Assembly (NCBI GenBank): GCA_963693365.1
Contig: CAVNZM010000012.1
Coordinates: forward strand, 4,888,409-4,952,408
Length of the DNA stretch: 64,000 bases
Direction: 5' to 3'
Source: Amoebidium appalachense
Lineage: Eukaryota; Protista; Ichthyosporea
Of the stretch, positions 13,636-33,049 are shown piece by piece; within the stretch, counting starts at the first letter, position 1; each line of letters starts with the position of its first letter. Made by a program: the position numbers and the translations under genes. The notes under the pieces are model-generated. The model had not been told where the DNA came from. It saw nothing but the letters and a program-made list of their open reading frames with translations, and did no database searches.

Positions 13636-14103
13636 GTTGCAGTGTAGTGTGGGTGCAAGAGATGGTGTTGAGGGGAAGTGTTACGTGATTCTTGTGCTTA
13701 TGAAGTGGGTGAATCCGCTTGCTACTTAATGTTGGTATACTTCGAACGGAGTGGCGGGTGTGTTCGTTTCGTTTGCGGCAGCTCTGCCGCTGCGTTTTTG
13801 ATTCTGAACAGTTCTTGTTGCGTAATCCATTGCGTAATGCAGATGGACCAATAGCCGGATAATTTTGGTAGCCTTTATGCTTGAACGGTTTGCACTGTAC
13901 AAACACTCACACCCCCTTGGCGGGAAAAGTCTCGGGCTGTGTTTTGGAGTCGAGGCAAGAAGAGGGTTTTGCTTCCTTACCACCATAAATGATACCACAT
14001 TGATATCACGATGATATCATTATGTGCTAGGGAGAGCATGTATAACTGGATGGAGAGAGTTAAGACAGAAAAATTGACAGGGAGGGAAGATCTGTAGGCA
14101 AGC
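13636..14103. promoter_or_regulatory. Putative bidirectional promoter between TPT1 (-) and the BNR-repeat gene (+)
   Basis: 468 bp between divergent ATGs, free of simple repeats. Contains TTGCGTAAT twice (13818, 13830), CCAAT (13848) and an E2F-like TTGGCGGGAAAA (13917-13928). Confidence 0.55.
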
Positions 14104-14307
14104 ATGGCCTTATCTTCACTCGGCGTATCGTGTGCGCGCTACATAGAGCACACGGACACACACACGCATCAGAGTTGGGGTTTGTGGATAGTGTGTGGGA
14201 GTGCAGGCGCACATACGTACATGTTGAGATCAGTGGACGGACAGGTGTGGGCGGTTGCTGACGCGCAGCAATTGGGCTTTATGGCGCATGATGGGACCAG
14301 ATTGGAG

Positions 14308-14382
<75 letters not shown>

Positions 14383-14805
14383 CGTGCGTGTGTGTGTGTG
14401 TGTGTGTTTGTTTGGTTGTGTGTGTGTGTGTGTGTGTGCGTGCGCGCGTGCGCGTGTGTGTGCGCGCGTGCGTGTCTGTTCGTGTGTGTTTGTGTGTTTG
14501 TCTGTGTGTGTGTGTGTGTACGCTTGTGCGTTTATGTGTGTTGTCTGTACATCGTGTGTGACTGACTGATGGCACACGCGTGTGTGACATGAAAACACGT
14601 GCGTGCGCATGCACGCACACACACACACACTGAGGGGGAGAGGATTGCGTGGGGACGGAAAGGGGGGGACGTGAGTGGTGGGGGAGGCGGAGAGAGTGGA
14701 GAGAGGGGGGGAGAGAGAGAGAGAGAGCGAGCGAGAGAGAGAGAGAGAGGGAGAGAGAGCGAGAGAGGGAGAAAGAGAGAGAGACACAGTGAGAGAGAGG
14801 GAGAG

Positions 14806-14857
<52 letters not shown>

Positions 14858-15151
14858 AAGACAGAGAGGGAGGGAGGGCGGGAGGGAGGGAGCGAAAAGA
14901 GGAGTATGTGTGTGAGAAAGAGAGAGGGAGGAGGTAGAGAGTTCATTAATGGATTTGGTTGAAGATAAAAGACTGAAATAGACCGTTGCAGAGAAATGAA
15001 TGTTAGCTCCCCCAAAGCCTCCTCTTTGAACAAGAATAATAATCATCCTTTCTCTCTCTCACTTTCTACAACATGCCGATAAGCTACACACGACCACACC
15101 GACCCACCTGTGGGCACTGGCACGCGCCGCACACGCACCCACAACACACGT

Positions 15152-15190
<39 letters not shown>

Positions 15191-15194
15191 AACA

Positions 15195-15250
<56 letters not shown>

Positions 15251-16726
15251 AACCCCCCTCCCCCCTCCCCCCCCCCCCCCTTCCCCCCCACACACACACA
15301 CACACACCTCTAAAACAGGTAGCCATCAACACAATCGACCCCCTCCCGGGTGGGGAGCTTTTCGCGGGCGGGAGGTACCTGAGGAACTATGCGCCAATCA
15401 AACAGGGGGATGGGTTTGTGGGGATATCACGTGATATGGGGGTCACGTGGACGTGGATGGGTCTGCCCAGGGGCATGTCTCCGGTTAGCCAGGTGGCATC
15501 CCTGGGCAGAAATAAGGTAGGGTGTTATTCATTTTCCTTTATTTTTCTTTATTTCTTTCTTTCTTTTTGTGTGTGTGTGTGTGTGTGTGTGCTGTGCTGT
15601 GTGTGTGTGCAGGGGGGTGGGTGGGTGGGGGGGGGGGGGGTTGGCCTTTTTCTTACCCTTACTTGTGTGTGCAAGCCCACGTGTGTGTGTGTGGGTGGAT
15701 GTGTGTATGGCAGGTTTGTCTTTGTGTTTTTGGGACCCGGCAGTAGGGGGGAAGGATTGGAGTTCTTGTGTGGGTGTGTTGTCAGGAGGAGGCCGAGGAA
15801 AGGGGGGGCAGCAGGGGAATGGGGGAGACGGGAGTTAACAGTTTAAAATATGAATGTTTTTGTTAAAGGAGCCAGAGCATGTTGCCGCATCTATGGAATG
15901 TTTTTTTGGCGTTATGAGAGTGTGGTACGATGTGTGGGAAGGCGGTGTGCTTTAAATGTCTTAACCAATATAATTTTCACCCATTGCAGCTTGGAGCCGC
16001 CACGTCCAACGGCCTATACGTGTCACGTGACATGGGCCTCACGTGGACCGAATGCACCAATCGCATCGCGCGGCATCAGGTGTTCACTTCCATATATGGC
16101 GTCGGGAATTCCGCGGACCCTTCCGCCCCCCTCAGCGCCGTCGCCGTGGGCGTGACTTTGGGACGTGCGCTGATCTTATACACGGACGACGGGGGGGAGA
16201 CATGGAAGGAGGGAAGATGTAAAGGGGTTAAAGGGTTGAATTCCGTCGTGTACGTACCCTATTCAAACGGAGAGGGTGGTGGGCGTCTGGAAGGAAAAGA
16301 AGGGAGAATGAGAGCGAGGGGAGAAGAAGGGGGAGGTGCATTTAAGGGGAGTGAGGGGAAGGAGGGTGGGTGGGTGGCGGTTGGGGACGGTGGTGTGATG
16401 GTGAGTTCGTGGGATGGGGGGGCTGAGTGGGCAAGGGAGACTACAAATACGGAGGCTGCATTGAAGAGCGTCACCGTCACAAAGGTTTGACACTTTGTCT
16501 CATTCGTTGAGGTTGTTTCTTGTGTATGAGAGCCATGATACTTGGTCCTTATATTGCGGGGTTGTTTCTGGTGAATGAAGGTTCTCTTCTTTCCCCCCTC
16601 CCTTCTCCCCCCCTCCCTTTACCATGCACGTGCGCACCCACACCCACAAGTGCACACAACCACATGCTCGCGCGCACAGACACACACACAAGCACAAACA
16701 CACACACGCACAAACACACATACACA

Positions 16727-16763
<37 letters not shown>

Positions 16764-17098
16764 CCCTGAAAACAAGCACCCACGCAGGCACAGACACTTC
16801 CACGTAGGCACATAACTCCACTTCCATGATTCCAACCCTTTGTTGCATACATCCCCCCCCCCCCCCCCCCCCCTCATAGCATAGCTTTCCGTTCGAAGAC
16901 GATAAAGTTCTGCCCTAGTAAGCGTGTTACTACCCTGCGGCGTGGGTCAAATCTCATATGTTCCCCTCTGATTGCGAATTATGCGGCCTTCGGGACTTAA
17001 TTCTTTTCAGCTGGTGTAGTATGTTAGTTCAAACACCCCCCCCCCTCCCCCCCCCCCCCCCTTTCTTCGTGCACACACGGGCAGGCGCGCACGCGCGG

Positions 17099-17168
<70 letters not shown>

Positions 17169-18627
17169 GCACACTCCCACTCACTCACTCACTCACTCAC
17201 TCACTCATAACCCCCCCCCTCCCCCCCCCCCCTTCCCCCCCCCCCCCCTTCCCCCCCCCTCCTCCCCAACACACACACAGTCAACCCCCCTCCCTCGAGC
17301 CCATGTCCACACACACACACACACACATACACAACACACGCACACACGCACACACACACACGCACACACACACAGGACGAAGACGGCGCACCGGTGATCT
17401 ATGCCAGCGGGTTCCATGGTATTCTATTGAGGGGAGGTGTGGTACCGGGTGTGCCCGTCCCGCTCATCAACTGTTTCGCACTACTGGGTGGCGGATGGGA
17501 GCAAGAGATCGGCCCACATATCTTCGAGTAGGTTCCACAACTCGCTGTGTGCATGTGTGCAAGTCACTGTGTGCATGGCCTACATACGTGATTGTAATAA
17601 TACGTGATGCACATTTGTTTTGTGTTTTGCAAATTACTGTGCGCGGTTTTGTGATTGAAAACCACTGTGTACAGTTTTGTGAGTATGTGCCACTTTGCTC
17701 TTTTTAGGGTAAGGGTTCCTTTGGTCATTTTTGGTCAGCTTGAAAAATGCCATGATATTATCTTTTGAAAATCGAAATCCTTGCTTGAAAAACACCGTGG
17801 GATTTTCTTTTAAAAATCGAAATCCTTGGAGCACTGACCGTCATTTCCAATGGTTGCTGACACTAATTAACAATCCACTCATGCACAGGGCTCTTGCCGC
17901 AAATGGGAACGCAATAATGGCGTTTGGTGCTTGCCAAGCCACGGGTGGCACGCTTTTGGGGAGTTTACAGCACGGTATGGCCATGTCTGAAAACGGCGGG
18001 TTCACGTTTCAGTATCGTGACGTCATGGTTTTCACCGACCAGTTTTACGGCCCTTACGGGCTGAGGTTTTCTTCGGTACACCAGCGTCCTGAGAGGATCC
18101 CCTACCATCTTCTTCCTGAGATTCTTTTAACACCTCCGGTCGTGGTGAAAGAGGAAATGGGAGGAGAGAGCGAAAATATTGTGAATGTGCCGTTTTCTAC
18201 TGCACACGCAGACATTTTGAATGGGGCACCCGCTAAGGGAAATGTTGATACGCGCGCGGGAGAACAAACAAGAGGTATAGGAGGTGGCGGGGAAAATGGA
18301 GGTGTCGAAACGACAGATGCGAAAGATTTGACTAAAAGGGTTAGTGAAACAGGCACCAAGGGAGAAAATGCAAAGGAGAGGGTGGGGAATGGGGATGCGA
18401 GTAGCTCAAGTGTGCATGCGTCGGTGCATGGGGGGACTCAGAGAAGGTTGGCGTGGAAAGATATGGAAAGTGAGGATGGGTCGTTGGCGTCAAAGTGCCT
18501 TAAATGGGGGGCGCATGCGATGGCGGGAATCAACGGACTGAGTGCGAAAGTAAGGGAATTGCAGAGAGCAAACGAAGTTGTGGTCAACAGTTTTCCTCCG
18601 GAAGTTGCGGTTAGGCGAGAGGCCTGA
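14104..18627 (+). CDS. Asp-box/BNR-repeat beta-propeller protein (Ycf48/sialidase-fold-like), 5 exons
   Basis: Exons 14104-~14313 (donor ambiguous inside a GT repeat), 15319-15516, 15990-16484, 17376-17527 and 17889-18627. Repeated SxDxGxTW motifs: [48 protein letters not shown]. Also WVAVGDGG. Low-complexity C-terminus. Confidence 0.75.
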
Positions 18628-19515
18628 TGTGTGTTGGGAGTTTTTACATATTATTTATATAGATGTTGTTTTATCCCGTTTCAGCTCACAGAGGCTACCG
18701 TCTTTGATTTGTCTTGTTTTGAAGCCCTACAAATTTAAACCCCCAGGCAGGATGTGGGTGTGTGTGTATTGGGATAATATTTGTGTGCTTCACTTGAGGT
18801 GTGTACGCCCATGTGCATGTGCAAGTGTGTGTAGTGGCACATGTATGCTCATTTGCCATGTCACGAAGTTTTGTCATCGCCATGTTTTCAGAAGCCAAAC
18901 CACTAGCATCGTACACCTGATGTTTCACGAAACGTAGATAGCCGTATGAATGTGCACGATTGAGTAAAGTGAACCTGATATTTCACCTAGTCTTTGTATG
19001 AATGTTGACACTCTGTAATCCTATGAAGGTAGGACGCAAACACCTTCAATAAATTAAGATTCTGAACTGGAATTGATTGATGGTTAACATTGAAACTGTC
19101 CTATGATGCACATGCCGGAAACAAACTTAGAATACAGGCATAAAGTGACACCTGTTATAATGGTCTTAAAAACTCTTTGCTAGGGTCTGATTATTCTCAG
19201 TAGGTGCTGCGCTAGCCCTAAAAAATAATTATACTTAGTCTATAGAATGTATACGTATCTGTTCATAGCACCGTTGGTTTTTTCGTATCATTATCGGGGC
19301 TGCTTTGAGACTCGTCTGGTGGCAATAATGCAAATGAAATAAATGATGAGAAATGCCGACCCTGTGTATATATAAGGTGCTTGCCAATGGGCAGTCAACC
19401 GTCTTGGGGATTTTTGAATTCGAAATGGGGGGGGGGGGGAGAGTAATAAATATCAACGTCCCCCCTGGTGGTACCCCCCTCCCCCCTCCCTCCCAAAGTA
19501 GCCGCTGGGGTGGGT

Positions 19516-19552
<37 letters not shown>

Positions 19553-19832
19553 GGTGGGGAGGGACACACCTGCCGAGTGGGGTGGTGGGTCCCCCCCCCC
19601 CCCATCCCCCCCCCCCATCCCCCCACCCACCCACCTACCCACACATACACATACATATGTGCGTGTGATCATGGCATGAAAGAGTCTCTTTTCCACCCAC
19701 CAAAGACGGTATTCAATACTTCTTTTTTTTTTTTTTGCCCCTCAGTTGGAGCAATTGCCTCCGTTTTGGCCACTGATACATATCCCTCTCCAGAGGCTCC
19801 CCCCCCCCCCCCCCCCCCCACACGCACACACA

Positions 19833-19875
<43 letters not shown>

Positions 19876-20206
19876 ACACACACAGCGCACGCGCGCCCAT
19901 ACACACTCATACACATGCGCGTGCACCCCCGTGCACGCACACACACACACACACGCACACCGTGGCACAGTGTCACCCAGTGTCACATGCGCGCAAGCGC
20001 GCTTACGCCCCCTTGCCATGGCATACACGCACACGCGCACGCGCACCCCCATACACGCGCACATGAGCGCGCGCGCGCGCCTGTACACGCACACATACTG
20101 ACCAATACACACACACCGTGAAACACACACACACACACACATGCGCACGCACACGCACACACATGCGCGCATACACACACACAGTGTCACACACGCACAC
20201 ACAGTG

Positions 20207-20266
<60 letters not shown>

Positions 20267-20596
20267 TTGCACACACACACACACACACACACCCATCCAC
20301 ACACACACACACACACACACGTGGCACACACACAAACACACACACACACTCACACACACACTCACACACACACACACTTCCCACCCGCTTGTGCCGGGGG
20401 GGAGGGGGGAGGGGGGTGGGGGGTGGGGGGGGAGTAAAACTGTACGGCATAGCCTGAGTTTCAGGTGATCAAGGAATCCTGTTAGTTACCTCAATGTTTA
20501 CGTTTTGGCTTTGTATGTAAATCACTGCTGATTATAGTATTATATAGTCACATCAGTGGCCATTGGGATGGCAGCCTATGGGGTGGGTGGCTGGCT

Positions 20597-20638
<42 letters not shown>

Positions 20639-21346
20639 GGCCACCCTACCCCCCCCAAAGTTACTACTACCCCCCTCCCCGTTTCAAAACCAAGAATCCC
20701 TTCAATGAGGGTGCGTACGTGACTTCATTAACAAGTGATCATATCATCGACGTCGTAATTGCTGTGTTGTTCGTGTACTTGTAAGGTCAGTGATCCTCAC
20801 GTGAGGTTTGTTGTGGACCGGTGCACGCAGACACGCACACGCGGATCGAAGTGTGCGTCTTGTCTGTGGTAACTTGCTCGAATGTGTCTTCTCTGTGTGT
20901 ATCCAACGCTTGGATAGTGTTGTATACGTACGTGCGCGCGCGTGTGTGTGTGTGCGAGCATGCGTGCGTGTATGTACGTGTGCGCGCGTCTGTGTGCACG
21001 CCTGTGGCGTGTGTGTTTGTGTGTGTGTGCATTTGTGCGCGCGTGTCTGTCTGTGTGTGTTTGTGTCTGTGTGTTGGTGTGTGTGTGTGTTGGCGCGCGC
21101 GCGCGCGCGCGCGTGTGTCACAGTGTGTGTGGGTGTGTGTGGGTGTGCATGCGTGCGCATGTGTGCGTGTGTGCGCGTGTGCGTACGGTACCAGGTCGGG
21201 GTGTGTGCACGTGTGTACCAACTTGAATTGCGTGTGCGTGACACTAGAACCATCCTGTGTGTTTGTGGGTGTTTGTGTGTGTGCCAGGCTGCAGGTGCTT
21301 GTGCTGAGGTTGTTGGTTGTGTGATCATATGAATTGCAGAAGATGC

Positions 21347-21413
<67 letters not shown>

Positions 21414-21449
21414 CGTGTGTGTTGTGCGTGTGTGTGTGTGCATATGCGT

Positions 21450-21494
<45 letters not shown>

Positions 21495-21496
21495 CG

Positions 21497-21535
<39 letters not shown>

Positions 21536-23160
21536 TGTTTCTGTGTGCGTGCGTGCATGTGTTCCTGCGTGCATGATACCTTTAAACATGTAATATTAGT
21601 TGTGCAATACTGTGCTCGTGCATAATGTTAGGCTGTTACATGTGCACTCACAGCAATTGGTCGCCTCACGGGTACCGGTATCACCTAAAGTGAAAATAAA
21701 AAAGTGATGCCATTTTAATATTTGGGTTAGAATTTGGGTTGCGATGCGACTGCTATCCGGTCCGCCGGAACGCTCCTGTTTAAATTTACCCACACACTGG
21801 GCCCCCTAGCTGAACAGTATTTTTGTGCTCCACATCCCATTACTTGTGTCAGATAGAGAGTCAGATAGTGGCAGTCACCAGGTGGGGTGCGGGACTTGCC
21901 ATATATGGGTTCCCTAACTGCAGAAATAGCCAATAGGAGAAAGCCTGAACAAGTGGGCCAATCACGTCACGGATAGTGAAACCATGCAACATAAACCCCC
22001 TACCCAGCAACCGCAATTTCTGTGCTGGAAACAGTTTGTGTGCATACTACACTAGCACAGGTGCACAGCCACCACCCTAACGCAACATATATATTTATAA
22101 AAACATTAAGTAACGCTTAAACACTATTGATTAGCTGATAAAGCTTATTAATATCTGCGGCATTAGTCTAAACTTTAAAAGAACAAATGAGAAGCTGAAT
22201 ATTTGCTGTTGCAATTAGTGTATGGAGATTCTATTGGATCCTCAGTACCTGAAGAGTACGGGTCATTCATCCCAGCACAGAGCTTCCAAAACCGTAAACA
22301 CGCAAATAAAAGGTAAAAAAACCTCCTTAAGCCATTTTTATTTGTTTTTGGCGGCAAATATAGTGAGCTGATATGCCTTGCTTCTCATTGATACTTGTGG
22401 TTTGAACAGTTTGTTCGACGTCAATGAATAGATCTAACTGATCACGGAGCGATAAGCATTTCTCCAATCACATGAAGCCGGCGCAGCTCCCCATACCTCC
22501 TGGGGCCCGGCCCCCCAACATGGCAGACTCGCAGTACGGCAACTAGTAGGTACGCCAACACTTCAAGCGCACTCACACGAAGGGAAGTTTTGTGTTGGGC
22601 GGGGTAGGCATGCTAAAAGACACCCTAAAAAGAGAGAACTTATAATATTTAGGACTCAAGTTATAACGCTAAAAGCCCCTTAACTCGTAATCTGCTCCCA
22701 ACCCAACCTTTTGTAGTGGGAAGATCCCCTTGATGGGCACATCGACAAACAATCCAGTTGCCCACGTTTTGCAGCATCACCACACTGCATCAACCTAAGG
22801 GGTGTTTTTTTTTTTTTGGTGTGTGCTTCAGCACGCGTCCATAAGCTCTCTATATTTACAGGAACAGTAATTGATGTAGTCATGGTGTATAAACTAAGAA
22901 GCACCTGATGTGGTCATTCGCTGTCCGATGGTAGCCCACATGCGCACACGCACTCCCGTCGGGATTTGAGCCCACACAAGCCAACTATATCCTAAGACAT
23001 AACGGGTATTCAACGAGACCTCATCTGCAGCAAAAAAAGCCCTTAAAATTTTTTTCAAAGTCACCTGTGGCGTGGGTAGGAATATAGTGACCTTCTGAAG
23101 TTTTCTCACATTGCATCAGCAAGCTGGAAGGTGGAAATAGCTCTGGTGTCAACGCGTACG

Positions 23161-29511
<6,351 letters not shown>

Positions 29512-29605
29512 GGCACTATTAAGCTGTGTGTGAAATGTGTGTGCGTGGGTGCGCGTGTTCGCGCGTGGGGTATGTGCATGTGCACGTGCACGTGCTCGTG
29601 TGTGC

Positions 29606-29670
<65 letters not shown>

Positions 29671-29793
29671 CGTGTGTGTGTGTGTATAAGTGTGTGTGTG
29701 TGCGTTCGTGTGTGTGTGTGTGTATAAGTGTGTGTGTGTTCGTGTGCGTGTGTGTATAAGTGTATGTGTGTGTTCGTGTGTGTGTGTGTGTAT

Positions 29794-29838
<45 letters not shown>

Positions 29839-30402
29839 TGTGTGAGTGTGTGTGTGTGTGCGTACGTGTGTGTGTGTGTGCGTGTATAAAGGGAAACATC
29901 TGTCCACAGCATGAAATACCGTCACCTGCACCGGGGCCGGGTCACGTGTACTTCCATATTTAGAGATTATAAACTTCTACGTGACTATATGTACATAATC
30001 TGATGTACAGATATGCTCGTTTCCTTTTCTTTACGCTGTTTAAGAAGTATGATTGGTATTCAGGTTGTGTGAACACGAGTTGCTTAGTGGTGTTGCAGTA
30101 AAAGTTGATAGTTCATTCTCTCTACCTCTATTTTTGAAGTATAAAAGAAGGTGTCCACAGCTACATATGTCTGCATCAGACAGGCCCCAGAAATGACCGC
30201 CGAAACCGTACATAAGGGCAGATACACCATCCCCCCCCCTCCCCCCTCCCCCCCCCCCCTCCCCCCCCCCTCCCTCCCCCCCCCCCCCCCCCCCCCCCCC
30301 CCTCTCCCCCCCCCCCCCGGGACCAACAGGAAAAAAAACAAGGGTTTAAAAAAGGAAAAGAAAAACTAGAGCACAATAAAAGATCTCAACTACCCAATTA
30401 TG

Positions 30403-30444
<42 letters not shown>

Positions 30445-30503
30445 AAAAAAATAAAAAAAATAAAAAAAGGGAAAGAAACGATTGATACACAAGATTTCCC
30501 CGT

Positions 30504-30820
30504 TTACTTGAGCTCCAGCTCTCCCTTCCACAGGGCCGGGAACCAATAGGTGGGCTCAGCCCCATCCTGCCTGTCCACCCACGCCATTCCCTCCTTCACC
30601 AAATACTCCTGCGGGAAAAAGAAATTTCATTCAGCAAATGTGCAAAACACTTTTGGCTTGGGGAAGGCGGGGGATGCTGTGTGCACATGCATGGTTGGAA
30701 GGGTGGGGCGGGGCGGGGGGGCGGGGGAAAGGGGGGGGGGGGGGGGGGGGGGGGGGGGAAGGGGGCAATAAGTGTATGCCCTTTCTGAAAATATCCCCCC
30801 CCCCCCCCCCCCCCCCCCAC

Positions 30821-30857
<37 letters not shown>

Positions 30858-31190
30858 CAAACAACACGTAAGAACAAAGACTGCAAACCACACCGAAAAA
30901 TAGCCAATAATACGTACTGGACTACATACTCGGCCACGCGCGGCTATCAACCACTCAAAAAGTGACAAGCCTACTACAATACAAAAAAAAAAAAAAAAGA
31001 AGTGGAGGTGCGGGGTATCGATCCCCGTGCCTCTCGCATGCTAAGCGAGCGCTCTACCATCTGAGCTACACCCCCTTCATGGTGACATAGCCGACATTAG
31101 CCACATAACCCCTCAGTAACCTTACCACATAGCATGTGTATGCGAGTGTGGGGGGAGAGGAAATAACCCCACCACTCGCACGAGTTGGGG

Positions 31191-31241
<51 letters not shown>

Positions 31242-31853
31242 TGTATGCGTTAGAGGGTTGGAAATATGGAGGAGACAACAAAGAGCAACAACAAAAACGT
31301 CCAAAAATGAGAAGCGCGCAGGCAGAAGACACTTGAACTGCAGAGCCAATCATCCGGGGGGGAGGGGCGGGGGATTATGCGCGCGCGGGCGCACGTGTGT
31401 GCGTGTGATGGTGGTGGTGGTGGCAGTGGTCGTGGTTGGGAAGGGGAGGAAGGGGGAGGGGGGGAGAAAGGGGGGGATGTCGACGGGAGGAGGCACTCCG
31501 AGAGTTAGCGAGCGTGTGTGTGTGTGCCCGCGCGCATGTGTGCGTGTGCGCGCACGCGCGCGCGTGTGTTTGTGTGTTTGTGTGTGTGTGAGGAGCAAGA
31601 GAGATGGGGAGGGGAGAGGGGGGGAGGGGGGTTGTTCGTACCAACACTGCGTCTGCGCGTTCTTTGGCCCAAGCCAACTCTATTTGCAGTTGCGCACACT
31701 TCAGACATGCCGTGTCCTGGCATACGCACCAAAAGGAAAACATCAGCCACTCAACAAAACACAACCTTCGGGCGCAACGACCAGTAAAACATTTGTCCTA
31801 ACTACCATTCAGCCCACCACATCACCCGCTGCTTTCTTTGATTTACAGCAAAT

Positions 31854-31886
<33 letters not shown>

Positions 31887-31967
31887 CGGCGGCGCTGCGT
31901 CCTCCAGCCCTTCCCCTTGCCCGTGCAGCCCGCCCCTTCTCTTTCCCCCCTTGCATTCATTCCTCCA

Positions 31968-32033
<66 letters not shown>

Positions 32034-33018
32034 AAAGAAAAGAAAAAACACCAGTCTCCCCTTCCCTCACCCAGCAGGTACCCACCTATTCATGCTTAAT
32101 GTATCCCCGAGGTTCTTAAACACTCTAAACAGGTGACCTACCGCGGCCATAGTCAGGGCAGTGGAGTGGTCCTGGTTGAGTTCTGTGGGCACAGACTGCA
32201 CCAGCTTACGCGATCCAATTTGAACAACGTCAAAGCCCTTGCCTAGCACCTGGGTGCGTGGAGGAAAAACGGTTAAACATGTATGTATGTGTGAGAATAG
32301 TGCGTGTAGGAAGGTAGGTATGTAGGAAGGGAGGGTAGGTAAAAGGTGTACTGTGGGTAGGTGGGTTACAGTATCGGGTAAAGTGTGAGTAGGTTGGGTA
32401 TAGTATCGGGTAAAGTGTAGGTAGGTTGGGTCTAGTATCGGGTAAAGTGGGTGGGTTGGGTATAGTATCTTGTATATTGTGGGTGGGTTGGGTATAGTAT
32501 CTTGTATATTGTGGGTGGGTTGGGTATAGTATCGGGGTAAAGTGTGGGTGGGTTGGGTATAGTATCGGGTATATTGTGGGTGGGTTGGGTATAGTATCGG
32601 GTAAAGTGTAGGTAGGTTGGGTCTAGTATCGGGTAAAGTGGGTGGGTTGGGTATAGTATCTTGTATATTGTGGGTGGGTTGGGTATAGTATCTTGTATAT
32701 TGTGGGTGGGTTGGGTATAGTATCGGGTAAAGTGTGGGTGGGTTGGGTATAGTATCGGGTATATTGTGGGTGGGTTGGGTATAGTATCGGGTAAAGTGTG
32801 GGTGGGTTGGGTATAGTATCGGGTATATTGTGGGTAGGGTGCATGGAGGCAAAACTATGCCAGTTCAAATCCCTACCCAGCACCTGGGTTTAGGTTTTGG
32901 ATTCCTGGGCCGGGGGGGGGGAGGGGGGGGGGGGGGGGAGGAAGGGAGAGGACGGGAGGAGGGGAGGAGGGGAGGGGGAGAAGGGGAAGGGGAGGGGGAG
33001 AGCCAGACAGGGGGGCAA

Positions 33019-33049
<31 letters not shown>

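Noticed and set aside
32067-32883. 261-aa repetitive ORF (YTQPTHN...)
   Set aside because: Minisatellite read-through into the real SNF8 exon 8 (32249-32142); only that exon is coding.
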